DNA of 64,000 bases from a bacterium (GTDB taxonomy: Bacteria; Bacteroidota; Ignavibacteria; UBA10030), in the NCBI GenBank assembly GCA_043803945.1, contig JAZDJN010000061.1, positions 64,001 to 128,000 on the forward strand, read 5' to 3'. The notes under the pieces are model-generated. The model saw only the letters and a list, made by a program, of their open reading frames with translations, was not told the origin of the DNA and did no database searches. Below are positions 41,470 to 53,258 of this stretch, one piece after another. The translations under genes were made by a program, and so were the position numbers. Every line of letters begins with the position of its first letter. Positions within the stretch are counted from its first letter, which is position 1.

Positions 41470-41643
41470 TCATTCTTCAATCTTCGTATGACGGCTATCA
41501 AGCCAGTCATGAACAATTCCCGGCGTCGCAGTCATATGACAATTCATACATTCCTGTGATTCATTGCTGATCTTGATTTGCTGGGCAGATAAGTACATTC
41601 CTGCACACGTACAGCAGAGGATTAGCAGGATGATTCTTCTCAT
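41470..41643 (-). pseudogene. 57-aa ORF with signal peptide and one CxxCH; N-terminal fragment of an Hao-like multiheme cytochrome c
   Basis: Below the ORF-track cutoff. Translates as MRRIILLILCCTCAGMYLSAQQIKISNESQECMNCHMTATPGIVHDWLDSRHTKIEE*, with a GGAG RBS. Confidence 0.75.
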
Positions 41644-41659
41644 GATTCACTCCGTGTTT

Positions 41660-42148
41660 CTATTGAACGGTTCTCAGAGACTCAATGACAGAGTTAACAG
41701 CTTGCTCCAATTCCGGCAACGCCCGTTGAACTTCAACACTCATAGGACTTCCCATCTCAAAATTTTTTCCTTCAATGGCAATGATATGGACAATGCGAGG
41801 GAGGTGGCCTAACGCTCGGGATAACTCTATTGCTTCTGCCGGGCCAATGGCATGGGTTGACGCATGAAGAAACATTGCAGGAAGCGGTTGCCGACTCACA
41901 TCGAAGTGCCGGATTGTTCCCGGTCTCCCACCGCTTTGAGCAGCATCCACCACGATAACCGCATGCCAGCCTTTCAACAGTTCGACAAGCGTCGATGCTT
42001 CATACTGAATTTCGCGAACAGTAATCCGTTCGGAAACTGACTTCAGCAATGCACGGGCAATCAGAATCCCTGCTGCATCGTCCCCGCGGAATTCATTGCC
42101 AACTCCAAGCAGAAGTATATGTGACGACCTATTTTCTATGGACAACAA
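41660..42148 (-). CDS. Hydrogenase maturation protease (probably for the group 3b enzyme)
   Basis: LGVGNEFRGDDAAG, VVDAA and STHAIG motifs. Confidence 0.9.
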   Translation of the reverse strand: MLSIENRSSHILLLGVGNEFRGDDAAGILIARALLKSVSERITVREIQYEASTLVELLKGWHAVIVVDAAQSGGRPGTIRHFDVSRQPLPAMFLHASTHAIGPAEAIELSRALGHLPRIVHIIAIEGKNFEMGSPMSVEVQRALPELEQAVNSVIESLRTVQ

Positions 42149-42180
42149 TGTGCCTTTATCACAAATCGAACGTAGACCAC

Positions 42181-43083
42181 CTAGGAAAATCCCCGATGCA
42201 AACCTTGCTGCCGGGCAAAGCGAATGGCTTCATCATACTCCTGTTCTGTGATGCCTCTATTCAACTCCGGATGATGACCGGCATGGAACATGGGTCGGTA
42301 TTGGTCCATGATATTCACATAGGCATCTCTGGAGATTTCCCGGGCAATAAACTCCAGCACTGCCTGTGAACCGGCAATGCGGTTCGGCAGTACTAAGTGA
42401 CGTATTAATAATCCCTGTTCGGCAACCCCCCGCCCATTCATTTTCAAGTCACCAACCTGGCGCTGCATCTCACGAACTGCAGGGCGCACGAGGCTCCAGT
42501 AGTTCTTCACTCCCGAATACCTCTTTCCATACTCATCGCACCCGTATTTGATATCGGGCATGTAAATATCAATAATACCATCGAGCAATGTGAGAACTTC
42601 CAATGACTCGTACCCGCCGCAATTGTACACCAGAGGAATCTTCAAACCTTTATTGATTGCATGAAGCAGTGCTTCAACGATCGAAGCTATACAGTGGGTG
42701 GGTGTTACAAGATTGATGTTCTGACAATCCATTTGCTGCAGGTCAAGCATGATTCCGGCTAATCGTTCGATACTCACGACTCTTCCATAACGGAGCTGAC
42801 TGATATCATAGTTCTGGCAAAATTGGCACTTGAGATTGCAGGATGAGAAAAAGATGGTTCCGCTTCCACCAAAACCGACCAGAGGCGCTTCCTCCCCATA
42901 ATGCGGTCCATTACTGGCTATCACAATGGTATCTGTGAGGCGACAGACGCCGAACTTCCCTTCAAGACGTTTTGCTCCACATGCCCGCGGACAAAGACGG
43001 CACTCACGCATTATTTCATGAAGTTGTTCTGAACGGACTCGAATATCATGGAAAGAAATGTTCTCTCGGTATGTCGGCAACAC
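42181..43083 (-). CDS. Radical SAM protein, PflX-like
   Basis: CRLCPRAC, GSGTIFFSSCNLKCQFCQNYDISQ and IRHLVLP motifs. Confidence 0.9.
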   Translation of the reverse strand: MLPTYRENISFHDIRVRSEQLHEIMRECRLCPRACGAKRLEGKFGVCRLTDTIVIASNGPHYGEEAPLVGFGGSGTIFFSSCNLKCQFCQNYDISQLRYGRVVSIERLAGIMLDLQQMDCQNINLVTPTHCIASIVEALLHAINKGLKIPLVYNCGGYESLEVLTLLDGIIDIYMPDIKYGCDEYGKRYSGVKNYWSLVRPAVREMQRQVGDLKMNGRGVAEQGLLIRHLVLPNRIAGSQAVLEFIAREISRDAYVNIMDQYRPMFHAGHHPELNRGITEQEYDEAIRFARQQGLHRGFS

Positions 43084-43287
43084 TTCGAAGCTCCCTCATC
43101 GATCAAGATTGCGGGCAAGATACAATAATGGTTAGAGAAGTGCCACTCGCGGTGGAATGAGGGTTGCACATTCCTCTCTGAATAGTTCTTATTGTTTGGA
43201 ATCGACAGGTGCGTAATTCACTGTGCGGAAATACGCCTCAGACTATCATTTGAAAAGAGAACCATGCTTTGAAATTCCCATAAACAG

Positions 43288-43316
43288 AACACCCCGACTA
43301 TCACTGCCGGGGTGTT
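43288..43316 (-). terminator. Hairpin terminator after mdh
   Basis: aacacccc..ggggtgtt stem about 25 bp past the stop. Confidence 0.55.
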
Positions 43317-43341
43317 GAAATTTCACAGCAACAACATCGAC

Positions 43342-44283
<942 letters not shown>

Positions 44284-44299
44284 TCATTAGCATGAAAGT

Positions 44300-44331
44300 T
44301 GCTGTGTGGAGAATTCCTTCCCCACACAGCA
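44300..44331. other. Intercistronic hairpin between gltA and mdh
   Basis: tgctgtgtgg...ccacacagca 10-bp stem. Confidence 0.5.
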
Positions 44332-44350
44332 GATGTGAATTCGAATGTCG

Positions 44351-45643
44351 TTATCCTCGTTTTTCCATCGGTACGAAATCTCGCTCATCGTATCCAAGGA
44401 ATACCTGGCGCGGACGGGCTATCTTCTGTTCCGGATCGGTAATTAACTCCAGCCATTGAGCAAGCCAGCCAACTGTGCGCGGGATAGCAAAGAGGACTGT
44501 GAAGAAGTCTGTGGGGAATCCCATCGCCTGATAAATTATACCGGAATAGAAGTCGACGTTCGGATAAAGTTTTCGTTTGATGAAATATTCATCTTCAAGA
44601 GCGATCCGTTCAAGCTCAATCGCGATTTCGAGGAGAGGATTACGGCCAGTTACTTCGAACACCTGATCGGCAGCCTGCTTGATGATTTTTGCGCGGGGGT
44701 CATAGTTTTTATAAACCCTGTGCCCGAATCCCATCAATCGCTTTTCACCATGGCCTTCTTTCACCTCTTTGATAAAGGCAGGAATTTTATCCTTCGAACC
44801 GATCTCCTTCAGCATCACCAGTACCTGTTCATTGGCGCCGCCATGCAATGGACCGAAGAGTGCTGCAATCGCACCGGCCATCGAAACAAACGGATCGGCT
44901 TGCGAGCTACCGATTGCGCGCATCGCGTTTGCACTGCAATTCTGTTCATGATCGGCATGAAGAATGAAGAGTATATCGAGTGCCCTCTCAAGGATCGGAT
45001 TTGGTGTGTACTTCATTTCACTCATCTTATACATCATATTCAGGAAGTTACCGACATAACTTAACTCGGGATCGGGTTGAATCGGCAAAAGTCCTTTACG
45101 GTGGCGGAAGCACCATGCACCGAGGGTGGGCATCTTTGCGATCAGGCGATAGATTTGAAGTTTGCGGGATTCGGGATCGAGCACTTTCCGCGAGTCGGGA
45201 TAGTACGTCGAAAGAGCGGCTACGAGGCTTGACAACATTCCCATCGGATGTGCATCGTAACGGAATCCTTCAAGGACTTTTTTCAACTGATCGAACACCA
45301 TCGTGTGCTTCATGATGTTATCGGTCCAGTCTTTCAACTGTGCAGCGGTGGGTAGTTCACCATGCATCACAAGATAGGAGACTTCGATGTGTGAACTCTT
45401 CTCTGCCAATTGTTCGATTGGATATCCGCGGTAACGAAGGATGCCAACGTCACCGTCGATAAAAGTAATCTTGCTCTGGCAAGAGGCGGTATTCATGAAG
45501 GCGGGATCGTAGGTCATCATCCCAAAATCGTTATCCTTCACCTTGATCTTCCGCAGATCCATCGCCTTGATGGTATCGTGCGTAATCGGTAGCGTGTATT
45601 CTTTATCTGTCCGATTATCCTTAATCGTCAAAGTATCTGCCAT
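44351..45643 (-). CDS. gltA: Citrate synthase
   Basis: LRYRGYPIE, HADHEQNCS, GPLHGGANE, GFGHRVYK and YPNVDFYSG motifs. Confidence 0.97.
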   Translation of the reverse strand: MADTLTIKDNRTDKEYTLPITHDTIKAMDLRKIKVKDNDFGMMTYDPAFMNTASCQSKITFIDGDVGILRYRGYPIEQLAEKSSHIEVSYLVMHGELPTAAQLKDWTDNIMKHTMVFDQLKKVLEGFRYDAHPMGMLSSLVAALSTYYPDSRKVLDPESRKLQIYRLIAKMPTLGAWCFRHRKGLLPIQPDPELSYVGNFLNMMYKMSEMKYTPNPILERALDILFILHADHEQNCSANAMRAIGSSQADPFVSMAGAIAALFGPLHGGANEQVLVMLKEIGSKDKIPAFIKEVKEGHGEKRLMGFGHRVYKNYDPRAKIIKQAADQVFEVTGRNPLLEIAIELERIALEDEYFIKRKLYPNVDFYSGIIYQAMGFPTDFFTVLFAIPRTVGWLAQWLELITDPEQKIARPRQVFLGYDERDFVPMEKRG

Positions 45644-45926
45644 AGTGATCTCCTTAGAAGATAGTTGATGGTATGTTCGAGTGAAGCTTTCTGAATAGTT
45701 TCTCTATCGATTATTTCAGATGCGTTAAAGCATTGACAAATAGTCTTTTACCAAACAGTACAACAGGAAGACCTGGGATTCTGGAACTCTACCCAGAAAA
45801 TTCGTTCTTCTAGGAATAAAATTCTTCTTTAAAGAAATAAACGGCCAGAAAAGGATAATATATTGACGAAAAATGAAACAAAGGAGCTTAAAAGTGTTTA
45901 ATTTTCCCCTTGTATTTATTTTTTAT

Positions 45927-45941
45927 TCAATACCTATGCCA
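45927..45941 (-). promoter_or_regulatory. Sigma-54-like promoter upstream of gltA-mdh
   Basis: TGGCAT-AGGTA-TTGA on the minus strand. Confidence 0.5.
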
Positions 45942-46233
45942 AATATTGAAAAACAGCAAATAGAATGAAATTTCAGAGAAAATGGAGAAAAATTACTGAC
46001 GAATTCTTAGAAATAGATATTGATGGAATTTGAATTCCCAAGTTCGGAAATAGGCAAATTTAGTGTCGAATAATGACCGTCACCGAGACTTAAAGAAAAG
46101 AGTCCGACGCAGAATTTTAAGAGACGCAGCAACTTCCTGCCTTTCGTTTGACCTTTCGACCGCCACACTCACCCTTCTGGAAGCAGTCATGCTTTAGCGG
46201 AGGGAGAGGACTATGGCTTGCACTGAGAAACAC

Positions 46234-46731
46234 TTATTCGAAATCTTTATCTTCTCTCCGATAAGGAGCTTCGGCAAACTGAGCGGTAACCGGTTTCACG
46301 AGCCTTCGAAAATCTTTGAAAGTTATTCGGATTGATTTGGTATGAGTGCACGCATTGAACACAATTTCTTCATCGCTCGCCAAGGCTTCGTCAACCATGA
46401 TCGGTAAGCCATACAAGTTACCAAACGGGGGCATTGCGCCTAACTGGCAGTCGGGAAATAATTTTGTGAGATCATCTTCATGAGCAAGCTGGATATGCTT
46501 TGCAGCAAATATCTGTTTGATGAGATGTTCGTTGATCCGCTGATCGGCGCGCAGTACCGCCATCCAATATTTTTCATCAACCTGAATGACAATGGCTTTC
46601 GCGAGATCCTTATCGGCAACATGCGATGCGAGAGCGACTTCGTGGGCTGAGAAGGCGGGCTCGTGTTCGATAATTTCATACTGAACACTGTTTGCAGTGA
46701 GGTATTTCAGGAGATCGGTCATCTTAGCCAT
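46234..46731 (-). CDS. YbaK/EbsC-family aminoacyl-tRNA deacylase-like protein
   Basis: LAKAIV, GAMPPFG and FNACTH motifs. Confidence 0.88.
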   Translation of the reverse strand: MAKMTDLLKYLTANSVQYEIIEHEPAFSAHEVALASHVADKDLAKAIVIQVDEKYWMAVLRADQRINEHLIKQIFAAKHIQLAHEDDLTKLFPDCQLGAMPPFGNLYGLPIMVDEALASDEEIVFNACTHTKSIRITFKDFRRLVKPVTAQFAEAPYRREDKDFE

Positions 46732-46841
46732 AGCATTACTCCTTCGTTGGTTCTCGATGGTTCATGAATGAACGACAATGTTATTTTCTCTTTCTTATTG
46801 TCTAACACTTCTCAGCTTCCACGATGGGAAGTTCTTTTCCA

Positions 46842-47390
46842 TTACTCATCAATAACAAGTACCTCAATATTATCAACGAGCATGGAGGCGGCCTTGATTC
46901 CACCTGCCATCAGCGCAATCTGTGGATGGGCATTCTCCGGGCAGACAATTTTTTCAGTTGAATAGTGTTTCCATACAGAATCGGCAATCACCAGATGTGC
47001 GGATGGAGCAGATGCAGGGCCAATAATCGATAACGTAACGGAGCCGCCATCTACGACTCTCCGTCCCCAGCATCGGAGGATCAATGCACTGCGTTCACGC
47101 AAGGGAGGCAGATCGATCTGAGCGTGAGGAACTATGCAGCCGCCTGCAACATAGAGTGAAAATTTACCGCCATTCGGAGATCCACCTGCATAACGATCAT
47201 AACCTCCATGTCCGCGCCACTCCTTCAGGTCAGTGGAATCTTCAAATGAGGTGGAATAGATCAGATACCCGGCAGGCGAAGCACTCTGATCAGATATATT
47301 ACAGGAGAGAAGGGTAAGGAACGCCCATAAATACAGAAGGGCGCCCAGTATCGCTGACGCCCTTCTGCGTTGTGAATTGTTCTGATCCAT
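46842..47390 (-). CDS. Hypothetical lipoprotein
   Basis: Lipobox-like LTLLSC; TAATG coupling to hyhL; beta-rich mature part. Confidence 0.6.
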   Translation of the reverse strand: MDQNNSQRRRASAILGALLYLWAFLTLLSCNISDQSASPAGYLIYSTSFEDSTDLKEWRGHGGYDRYAGGSPNGGKFSLYVAGGCIVPHAQIDLPPLRERSALILRCWGRRVVDGGSVTLSIIGPASAPSAHLVIADSVWKHYSTEKIVCPENAHPQIALMAGGIKAASMLVDNIEVLVIDE

Positions 47391-48679
47391 TATGCTCGAT
47401 CGATCTCCAGTTTCAGAAAATGTGTTGCACAAGAGATGCAGGGATCGTAATTCCGAATCGCCTGTTCACATTGCCACGTCAATCGTTCCTGGGAAAGATG
47501 GAGTCTGCCCGGAATGAACTCACGCAAATCCTGCTCGATTGATTTTTGATTCTGCGATGTGGGAGGCACAATCTTCGCATCGAGGATAATTCCCTTCTCA
47601 TTCACCCGATAGCGATGATACAGAATGCCCCGCGGTGCCTCTGTACAGCCGTATCCGATTCCCGTACGGGGTGTGACATCAACAAACGGCCGCTCCGGTG
47701 CTTCGTACTCCTTGATAATGCGCAGTGCTTCTTCGATTGCATATAGTGTCTCTACCCCTCGCACGATGATACTCTTGAAGGGATTGTTGCATGGTGGAGT
47801 GATACCGGCTGCCTTTGCTGCCTCCTGCGCAGTCGGTGTCAGCTTATCGAAGTTCAGGTTGAATCTGGCGAGCGGGCCGACAAAATATTCACCGCGATTC
47901 TTCATGATAGAATGAAGTGCATTCGAATGCTTCACATGCTCTTCGATAAAATAGTTCTCATAGTCATTCACGGCGATGTTCAATCCCCGTGTGGAGACAA
48001 GCCGCCCCTGGTTAAAGGGATACTCATTCTCATGCCGGAGAGCGACGAACTCATAGTTCCGCTCGAATTCGGGAAAGATGAACGTTGCCGTCAACTTCAC
48101 AGTATCAATAGCTGCTTCAAGTGCCCACTGCAATTTATCAACGAGAGTGAGAAATTCTTTTTTCGTGGGAAGTTTATAGAATCCGCCGACTTTCACATTG
48201 ATAGGATGAATCTCCCTGCCGCCAAGAAGGTTTACGATATCGTTGCCGATCTTTTTAAGTTTCAATGCTTTTTCAACAGCAGGGCCATGATCCTTTGCCA
48301 TTTGGATGGCATCTTCATAGCCAAGAAAATCTGGGGCATGGAGCAGATAGACATGGAGTGCATGGCTTTCGATCCACTCACCACAGTACAACAGCCGGCG
48401 CAACGCTCGTAATTGGCCCTCTATTTTAATATTGAATGCATCCTCGATAGCATGGATGGAACTCATCTGGTATGCCACCGGGCAGATACCACAGATCCGG
48501 GCGGTGATATCCGGCACTTCAGCAAAATGGCGTCCCCGCATAAAGGCTTCAAAGAACCGGGGCGGCTCGAAGATGTGAAACTTTAGATCAACGACTTGTT
48601 TATCTTTTATTTTGACCGATAATCCACCCTCTCCTTCGACACGGGCGAGATAATCGACCTTGATTGTTCTAGTTTTCAT
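47390..48679 (-). CDS. hyhL: Group 3b sulfhydrogenase large (alpha) subunit
   Basis: [10 protein letters not shown]1 RICGICP, L2 [12 protein letters not shown]. Confidence 0.93.
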   Translation of the reverse strand: MKTRTIKVDYLARVEGEGGLSVKIKDKQVVDLKFHIFEPPRFFEAFMRGRHFAEVPDITARICGICPVAYQMSSIHAIEDAFNIKIEGQLRALRRLLYCGEWIESHALHVYLLHAPDFLGYEDAIQMAKDHGPAVEKALKLKKIGNDIVNLLGGREIHPINVKVGGFYKLPTKKEFLTLVDKLQWALEAAIDTVKLTATFIFPEFERNYEFVALRHENEYPFNQGRLVSTRGLNIAVNDYENYFIEEHVKHSNALHSIMKNRGEYFVGPLARFNLNFDKLTPTAQEAAKAAGITPPCNNPFKSIIVRGVETLYAIEEALRIIKEYEAPERPFVDVTPRTGIGYGCTEAPRGILYHRYRVNEKGIILDAKIVPPTSQNQKSIEQDLREFIPGRLHLSQERLTWQCEQAIRNYDPCISCATHFLKLEIDRA

Positions 48680-49448
48680 GGGATTCACTTTCTTTGCGGA
48701 ATGCTTCTGCGTATGCATTAAATCCTCTGAACTGCCGCAGCAATTCTGCACCCGTTATGCCCTTCTCAGCCCAGTACGAGCTGAGCGATGCCGTGTTTGG
48801 GGTTTCCTTCGGGCCAAAGCATCCAAAGCAGCCGCGATGGTACGATGGGCATAAGGCATCGCACCCTGCCTGCGTCACCGGTCCGAGGCATGTTGGGCCA
48901 TGCGTAACAAGCCCACAGACATTTCCCTTTAGCTTACACTCGACACAAACGCTGTAGGTTGGGATATTGGGTTTGCGGTGGTGGAGAAACGCGCTCACGA
49001 CTTCAATCAACTGGGATTTGCTGATCGGGCATCCACGCAGTTGGAAATCGACAAAGACATGGTCGGCAATCGGTGTTGACTTGTTCAGGGTCTCGATGAA
49101 AGAGGGATTGGCGTAGACGATCGAGGTGAACTCTTTCACATCCTTGAAATTCCGAAGGGCCTGGATGCCACCGGCAGTGGCACAGGCACCGATCGTAACG
49201 AGGAATTTGGATTGACGGCGAACCTGATGGATTCGTTCAGCATCATGCGGAGTGGTAATCGATCCTTCGACCGGAGAGAGGTCGTAAGGCCCTTTCGTGA
49301 CAGCTCGGGACGCTTCTGGGAAATTGGCAATTTCAATCTTTCCTGTGATTGCCAGAAGCTCATCTTCACAATCGAGCAGGGAGAGTTGACAACCATCGCA
49401 GGATGAAAATTTCCAGACGGCGAGTTTGGGTTTTCGTTGGGCAGCCAT
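48669..49448 (-). CDS. hyhS: Group 3b sulfhydrogenase small (delta) subunit
   Basis: [23 protein letters not shown] and CLGPVT motifs. Confidence 0.92.
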   Translation of the reverse strand: MAAQRKPKLAVWKFSSCDGCQLSLLDCEDELLAITGKIEIANFPEASRAVTKGPYDLSPVEGSITTPHDAERIHQVRRQSKFLVTIGACATAGGIQALRNFKDVKEFTSIVYANPSFIETLNKSTPIADHVFVDFQLRGCPISKSQLIEVVSAFLHHRKPNIPTYSVCVECKLKGNVCGLVTHGPTCLGPVTQAGCDALCPSYHRGCFGCFGPKETPNTASLSSYWAEKGITGAELLRQFRGFNAYAEAFRKESESHEN

Positions 49449-49449
49449 G

Positions 49450-50319
49450 TTATATCTCCCATTTCACAAGCAGGTCCTTGATTTGACTGTAGCGAAACAC
49501 CGGGCCATCTTTGCAGACGAAGTATGCACCAAATTGGCAATGGCCGCAAAGCCCGATCGCACATTTCATGTTTCGCTCCATGGAGACATAGATTGAATCG
49601 GTCAGTACGCCGCGCTTCATCAACTCCATTGCTGTGAAGCGCATCATCACCTCAGGGCCGCAGACCATCGCTACCGTATCGGAAGGATCGAACGGTGATT
49701 TCCCGATGAGGTTTGTCACAACACCAACATTCCCCTTCCAACCGCTCATACCGCGGTCGACCGTCACATACACTTCAAGGTCGAACCGTGCCCGCCATTG
49801 TTCCAGCTCATCGCGATAGAGAATGTCAGACGGCGTTCGTGTTCCGTAGAGGAGAACTACTTTGCCAAACTTATCGCGTTCGGAAAGAATTTTATAGAGC
49901 GATGGCCGCAAAGGAGCAAGCCCAATGCCTCCCGCAACAATTACTACATCTTTCCCAAGCGCCTCATTGACAGGCCATGCTGAACCGAACGGTCCGCGCA
50001 CTCCGACGGTATCTCCCCGCCGCAGCTTGCTCATGACCTTGGTCACGGTTCCCACTGCTCGCGTCGTGTGGACAAGCACCGAGGGATCTATCGGATCGCC
50101 GCTGATGGAAATAGGAATCTCGCCAACACCGTGCATATACACCATGTTGAATTGACCCGGTTTAAACGAGAACCCGTACGGCTGCTGCCTGGTATCAAGT
50201 TCGATGGTAAAGGTATCTTCTGTATCGCGTTTGAACCGCCGAATCTGATAGAGCCGTGGCGTCATTGGATTCATGGCAGAATCAACCGCGGGATGATTTT
50301 TTTCAAGGACGGTCGCCAT
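49450..50319 (-). CDS. hyhG: Sulfhydrogenase gamma subunit (FAD/NAD-binding, 2Fe-2S)
   Basis: [19 protein letters not shown] and [14 protein letters not shown] motifs. Confidence 0.92.
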   Translation of the reverse strand: MATVLEKNHPAVDSAMNPMTPRLYQIRRFKRDTEDTFTIELDTRQQPYGFSFKPGQFNMVYMHGVGEIPISISGDPIDPSVLVHTTRAVGTVTKVMSKLRRGDTVGVRGPFGSAWPVNEALGKDVVIVAGGIGLAPLRPSLYKILSERDKFGKVVLLYGTRTPSDILYRDELEQWRARFDLEVYVTVDRGMSGWKGNVGVVTNLIGKSPFDPSDTVAMVCGPEVMMRFTAMELMKRGVLTDSIYVSMERNMKCAIGLCGHCQFGAYFVCKDGPVFRYSQIKDLLVKWEI

Positions 50320-50764
50320 ATAAATCGAGAAGTTGTATTCTTGTGGATTCGAGTCGCTGCTCCATAATGTGAGCAAAGCGTTTCATTAATTCATAACCGA
50401 GTTTTGTATCCTGTTCGCACTTTCCCCGGAGGCATTTTCCATCCAGCGCAATTGCGCGAACAACATCCTGTGCTTTGGCATCGAAGTGCCATTGATACGG
50501 AGGCAGTAACCATGACCAGCCGAGGATATCGCCCTCTCCAATGGTCTCGATGGTAATGGCACCTTTTTGTGGCATCATGATTTCCAGAGCAACCCTTCCC
50601 TGCCTGATCAAATAAAATTGATTGGCCTCTTCTCCCTCGTGAAAGATATGATGCCCGGCATCAAAACGAACATTCGATGAACAACCTGTGATGAGCTCGA
50701 TGTGAGCAGGATCCAGACCTTTAAAAAATGCATGCTCCTTCAGAATGCGTTCTAGCGTTTCCAT
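50303..50764 (-). CDS. Stand-alone cyclic-nucleotide-binding (Crp effector) domain protein
   Basis: IFHEGEEANQFYLIRQGRV and GDILGWS motifs; no HTH. Confidence 0.88.
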   Translation of the reverse strand: METLERILKEHAFFKGLDPAHIELITGCSSNVRFDAGHHIFHEGEEANQFYLIRQGRVALEIMMPQKGAITIETIGEGDILGWSWLLPPYQWHFDAKAQDVVRAIALDGKCLRGKCEQDTKLGYELMKRFAHIMEQRLESTRIQLLDLYGDRP

Positions 50765-50784
50765 CCAAATCCTCCTTTAGGTAA

Positions 50785-51951
50785 TTAAATAGTGACGCTG
50801 CTAGATTGGCTTTGACGAATAACGTTAACTTCTTCCGTGATATCAATCCCTACCGGACACCAGGTAATACAGCGTCCACAACCAACGCATCCGAAGGTAC
50901 CAAACTGATCGACCCAGCTTGAAAGCTTGTGGGTTAACCATTGACGATACCGTGCCCGTGCCGAAGGACGGACACTGCCGCCATGGATATAAGAGAAATC
51001 CATCGTAAAGCATGAATCCCATCTCCTGTTGCGCGAGGCCTCATCACCGGAGAGGTCCGTGACATCCTCGACTGTCATGCAGAAACAGGTAGGGCACACC
51101 ATCGTGCAATTCGTACACGTGAGACACCGGGCTGCTGCTTTTCCCCATTCAGGGTGTTCGAAGTTCGACTGCAGGAGATCCTTCAAGCCCTCCGTTTGAA
51201 TTGAACGCCCCATCTGGCTTGCTGCTGCGGCCACCAGGGACTGTGCTTTTGCATTCTCTGCATCCGAAGCTTGTGTTGCTGATACAACATCAACAAGCTC
51301 CTTACCCATTTCACTGCCAGCCTCAATCGTGAAATAATGAGATCCATTCTCAAGAATTTCTGTCAGCGCAAGATCAAATCCATCACGGGCTTTTGGACCG
51401 GTATTCATCGATGCGCAGAAGCATGTGTTTCCTGCTTTTGTGCAGTTCACCGTGATGATAACAAGCTTTTCCCTTAACGATTGATAATAGGGATCCTTAT
51501 ATTCTCCGGAGTTGAAGACTTTATCCTGAATCCGGATCGCCTCGAGTTCACAAGGCCGCACACCGAAGAATGCATACTTCGTTTCATTTCCACCAGCACC
51601 ACTGATTTCGCCAGAGAGGATTAATTCTTTTCCATTCTTCTTTGCCGTCAACAGCGTGAGCCTGGGTGGGAAGAGGAATTTCTTCCAGGCATAAGGGCCA
51701 ACCGTATAATCAAACAGTGCTTTGCTTTCGCTCTTCTGCAGATGATACGTACCCGCTTCTTGTTCATCCGTCCATCCTTCGGGCAGGTCATTAACCGAAG
51801 CAATTTCATCATAGACGATGGAGCTATCCCTCACCATCGGACCGATGACCGTAAATTTCTGTTGCCGCAGCACCTGGATGAGCGTATCGAGTTTGGAATA
51901 ATCGAGTCTAGAGACCATATGATCGTGTGAGATTTTGTTGTACAGATCCAT
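50785..51951 (-). CDS. hyhB: Sulfhydrogenase beta subunit (AsrA-like 4Fe-4S)
   Basis: [22 protein letters not shown] and [17 protein letters not shown] motifs. Confidence 0.92.
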   Translation of the reverse strand: MDLYNKISHDHMVSRLDYSKLDTLIQVLRQQKFTVIGPMVRDSSIVYDEIASVNDLPEGWTDEQEAGTYHLQKSESKALFDYTVGPYAWKKFLFPPRLTLLTAKKNGKELILSGEISGAGGNETKYAFFGVRPCELEAIRIQDKVFNSGEYKDPYYQSLREKLVIITVNCTKAGNTCFCASMNTGPKARDGFDLALTEILENGSHYFTIEAGSEMGKELVDVVSATQASDAENAKAQSLVAAAASQMGRSIQTEGLKDLLQSNFEHPEWGKAAARCLTCTNCTMVCPTCFCMTVEDVTDLSGDEASRNRRWDSCFTMDFSYIHGGSVRPSARARYRQWLTHKLSSWVDQFGTFGCVGCGRCITWCPVGIDITEEVNVIRQSQSSSVTI

Positions 51952-51989
51952 GTTCCCATCGCCGTGAAATCGCGCGATGGAAGAATGAC

Positions 51990-52640
51990 TTAGATTGAAA
52001 TAAATTGGTCCTTCTTCATTTTGCATACCGGACACTCAGGCGTTGTGCCGGAAGTGATAATGTATCCACAGTCGGGACAAACCTTCACAGCATTTTTTGC
52101 GAAGCTAACCTGACCATCATGTTCCATCGGATATTGGAGCAATTCGACATGGCGCTTCTCAACCTCCAGCATTTGTGTAAAGAGAGCAATGCCTTTCTCA
52201 AATCCCTCTTCTTTTGCCTGACGAATCCAGTTGAGCTTGGTCGAGTTTCGCTCGAGGATTTCTGTGTTATATGCATTTTTTAAACACTGTTGAATGGTCC
52301 CAACCTTTACGGGGGAAATTGACGGAGGTTCAGGATGAACGCCGAGACTCTCGAGAAGGGCTGTAAGTTGTGTTGCGTGTATTTGTTCTGAGCGAACTAT
52401 TCCTTTAATCATTGCCGCAATTGCTGGTTTCTTCTCTTGTTCAGCATGGGCGGCAAATTGCTGGCACCACGAGGCACGTTTTAATGCGGCCTCATAGGCC
52501 ACCGTAAGATTTTTGACTGATGCAGGGTAGAGTGGCTGTTTTTCTTCCTTCCCTTTGGTGCAACCCGGGAGTATCAACACTGCCACTGCTATACTCACAA
52601 TGAGTGAGAAGGTTATTAACTCAAACGATTTTGGATTCAT
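51990..52640 (-). CDS. Rubrerythrin-like protein with N-terminal lipoprotein signal
   Basis: Lipobox LILPGC; ferritin-like EQIH, EILE and EKRH motifs; rubredoxin CPDCG...CPVC. Confidence 0.78.
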   Translation of the reverse strand: MNPKSFELITFSLIVSIAVAVLILPGCTKGKEEKQPLYPASVKNLTVAYEAALKRASWCQQFAAHAEQEKKPAIAAMIKGIVRSEQIHATQLTALLESLGVHPEPPSISPVKVGTIQQCLKNAYNTEILERNSTKLNWIRQAKEEGFEKGIALFTQMLEVEKRHVELLQYPMEHDGQVSFAKNAVKVCPDCGYIITSGTTPECPVCKMKKDQFISI

Positions 52641-52705
52641 AGCACTTTCCTCCAGACAGAAGTGGATGAAAGACTCCTGATGACTTCGATCAGTTCGTGA
52701 GAATG

Positions 52706-52721
52706 TGCAAGAATCATTCCA
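52706..52721 (-). promoter_or_regulatory. Sigma-54-like promoter for the rubrerythrin-hyh operon
   Basis: TGGAAT-GATTC-TTGCA, 66 bp upstream of the ATG. Confidence 0.65.
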
Positions 52722-52838
52722 CAGCGGAGTCTCTAAATCTGCTACGAATTGTAAATGCCATTCTCAGAAATGGCTCGTTTTGCTCAGGTGTGAGAAGTGA
52801 AAGAACGAAAATTCTCAAACAGGATAAAACAGTCAGGC

Positions 52839-53258
52839 CTATTTACCTTTACGAGATTTCTCATTTTTTGTAATCTTCTTTGCCGATGAAGCGCAGTGGG
52901 TACAAAGTTCAGTGACTGGATTTCTTTTAAGAGAGGAAGAGGTAATGGGCCGATCGCACGCCATGCACCGAATCACCGAGAGTTTTTTTCTCGCAATCAG
53001 GTTATTCAGCTCAGTGCCCTCGTGCAGTTTCGTTTTGCAGACAGCCTTTGGATGTGCTTTGCATAGTTTAACAGTCGAATTACAGACAGCGCATACATAC
53101 TCTTCCGCTTCAGCCAATGCTGTGCGAGGCGGGACTGACGCTAATCGATCCAATGTTTTTTGGACCTTTCCAACAATTACTGTTCTCGTACTGACTTTCC
53201 TTGCCCTGCGCATTTCCCCCTCTCCTCTTCTTCGATCTCTCTTCATCCGAACTTTCAA
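52839..53258 (-). CDS. Atypical TraR/DksA-type C4 zinc-finger protein
   Basis: C-x2-C-x17-C-x2-C (CMAC...CTHC) plus four more Cys (CAVC..C..C). The start may be 53213. Confidence 0.55.
   Translation of the reverse strand: MKVRMKRDRRRGEGEMRRARKVSTRTVIVGKVQKTLDRLASVPPRTALAEAEEYVCAVCNSTVKLCKAHPKAVCKTKLHEGTELNNLIARKKLSVIRCMACDRPITSSSLKRNPVTELCTHCASSAKKITKNEKSRKGK

Noticed and set aside
46081-46233. Possible riboswitch (GAAA-containing stems) downstream of the YbaK-like gene
   Set aside because: It could not be matched to c-di-GMP or any other known consensus, and pairing support is weak.
48669-49448. Possible decay of hyhS (DLSPVEGS and GLVTHGPTC look atypical)
   Set aside because: All Cys ligands and the reading frame are intact; it cannot be separated from normal divergence without an alignment.
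50303-50764. cNMP-binding gene inside the sulfhydrogenase operon as a novelty
   Set aside because: This arrangement is already known from group 3b operons, for example in mycobacteria.
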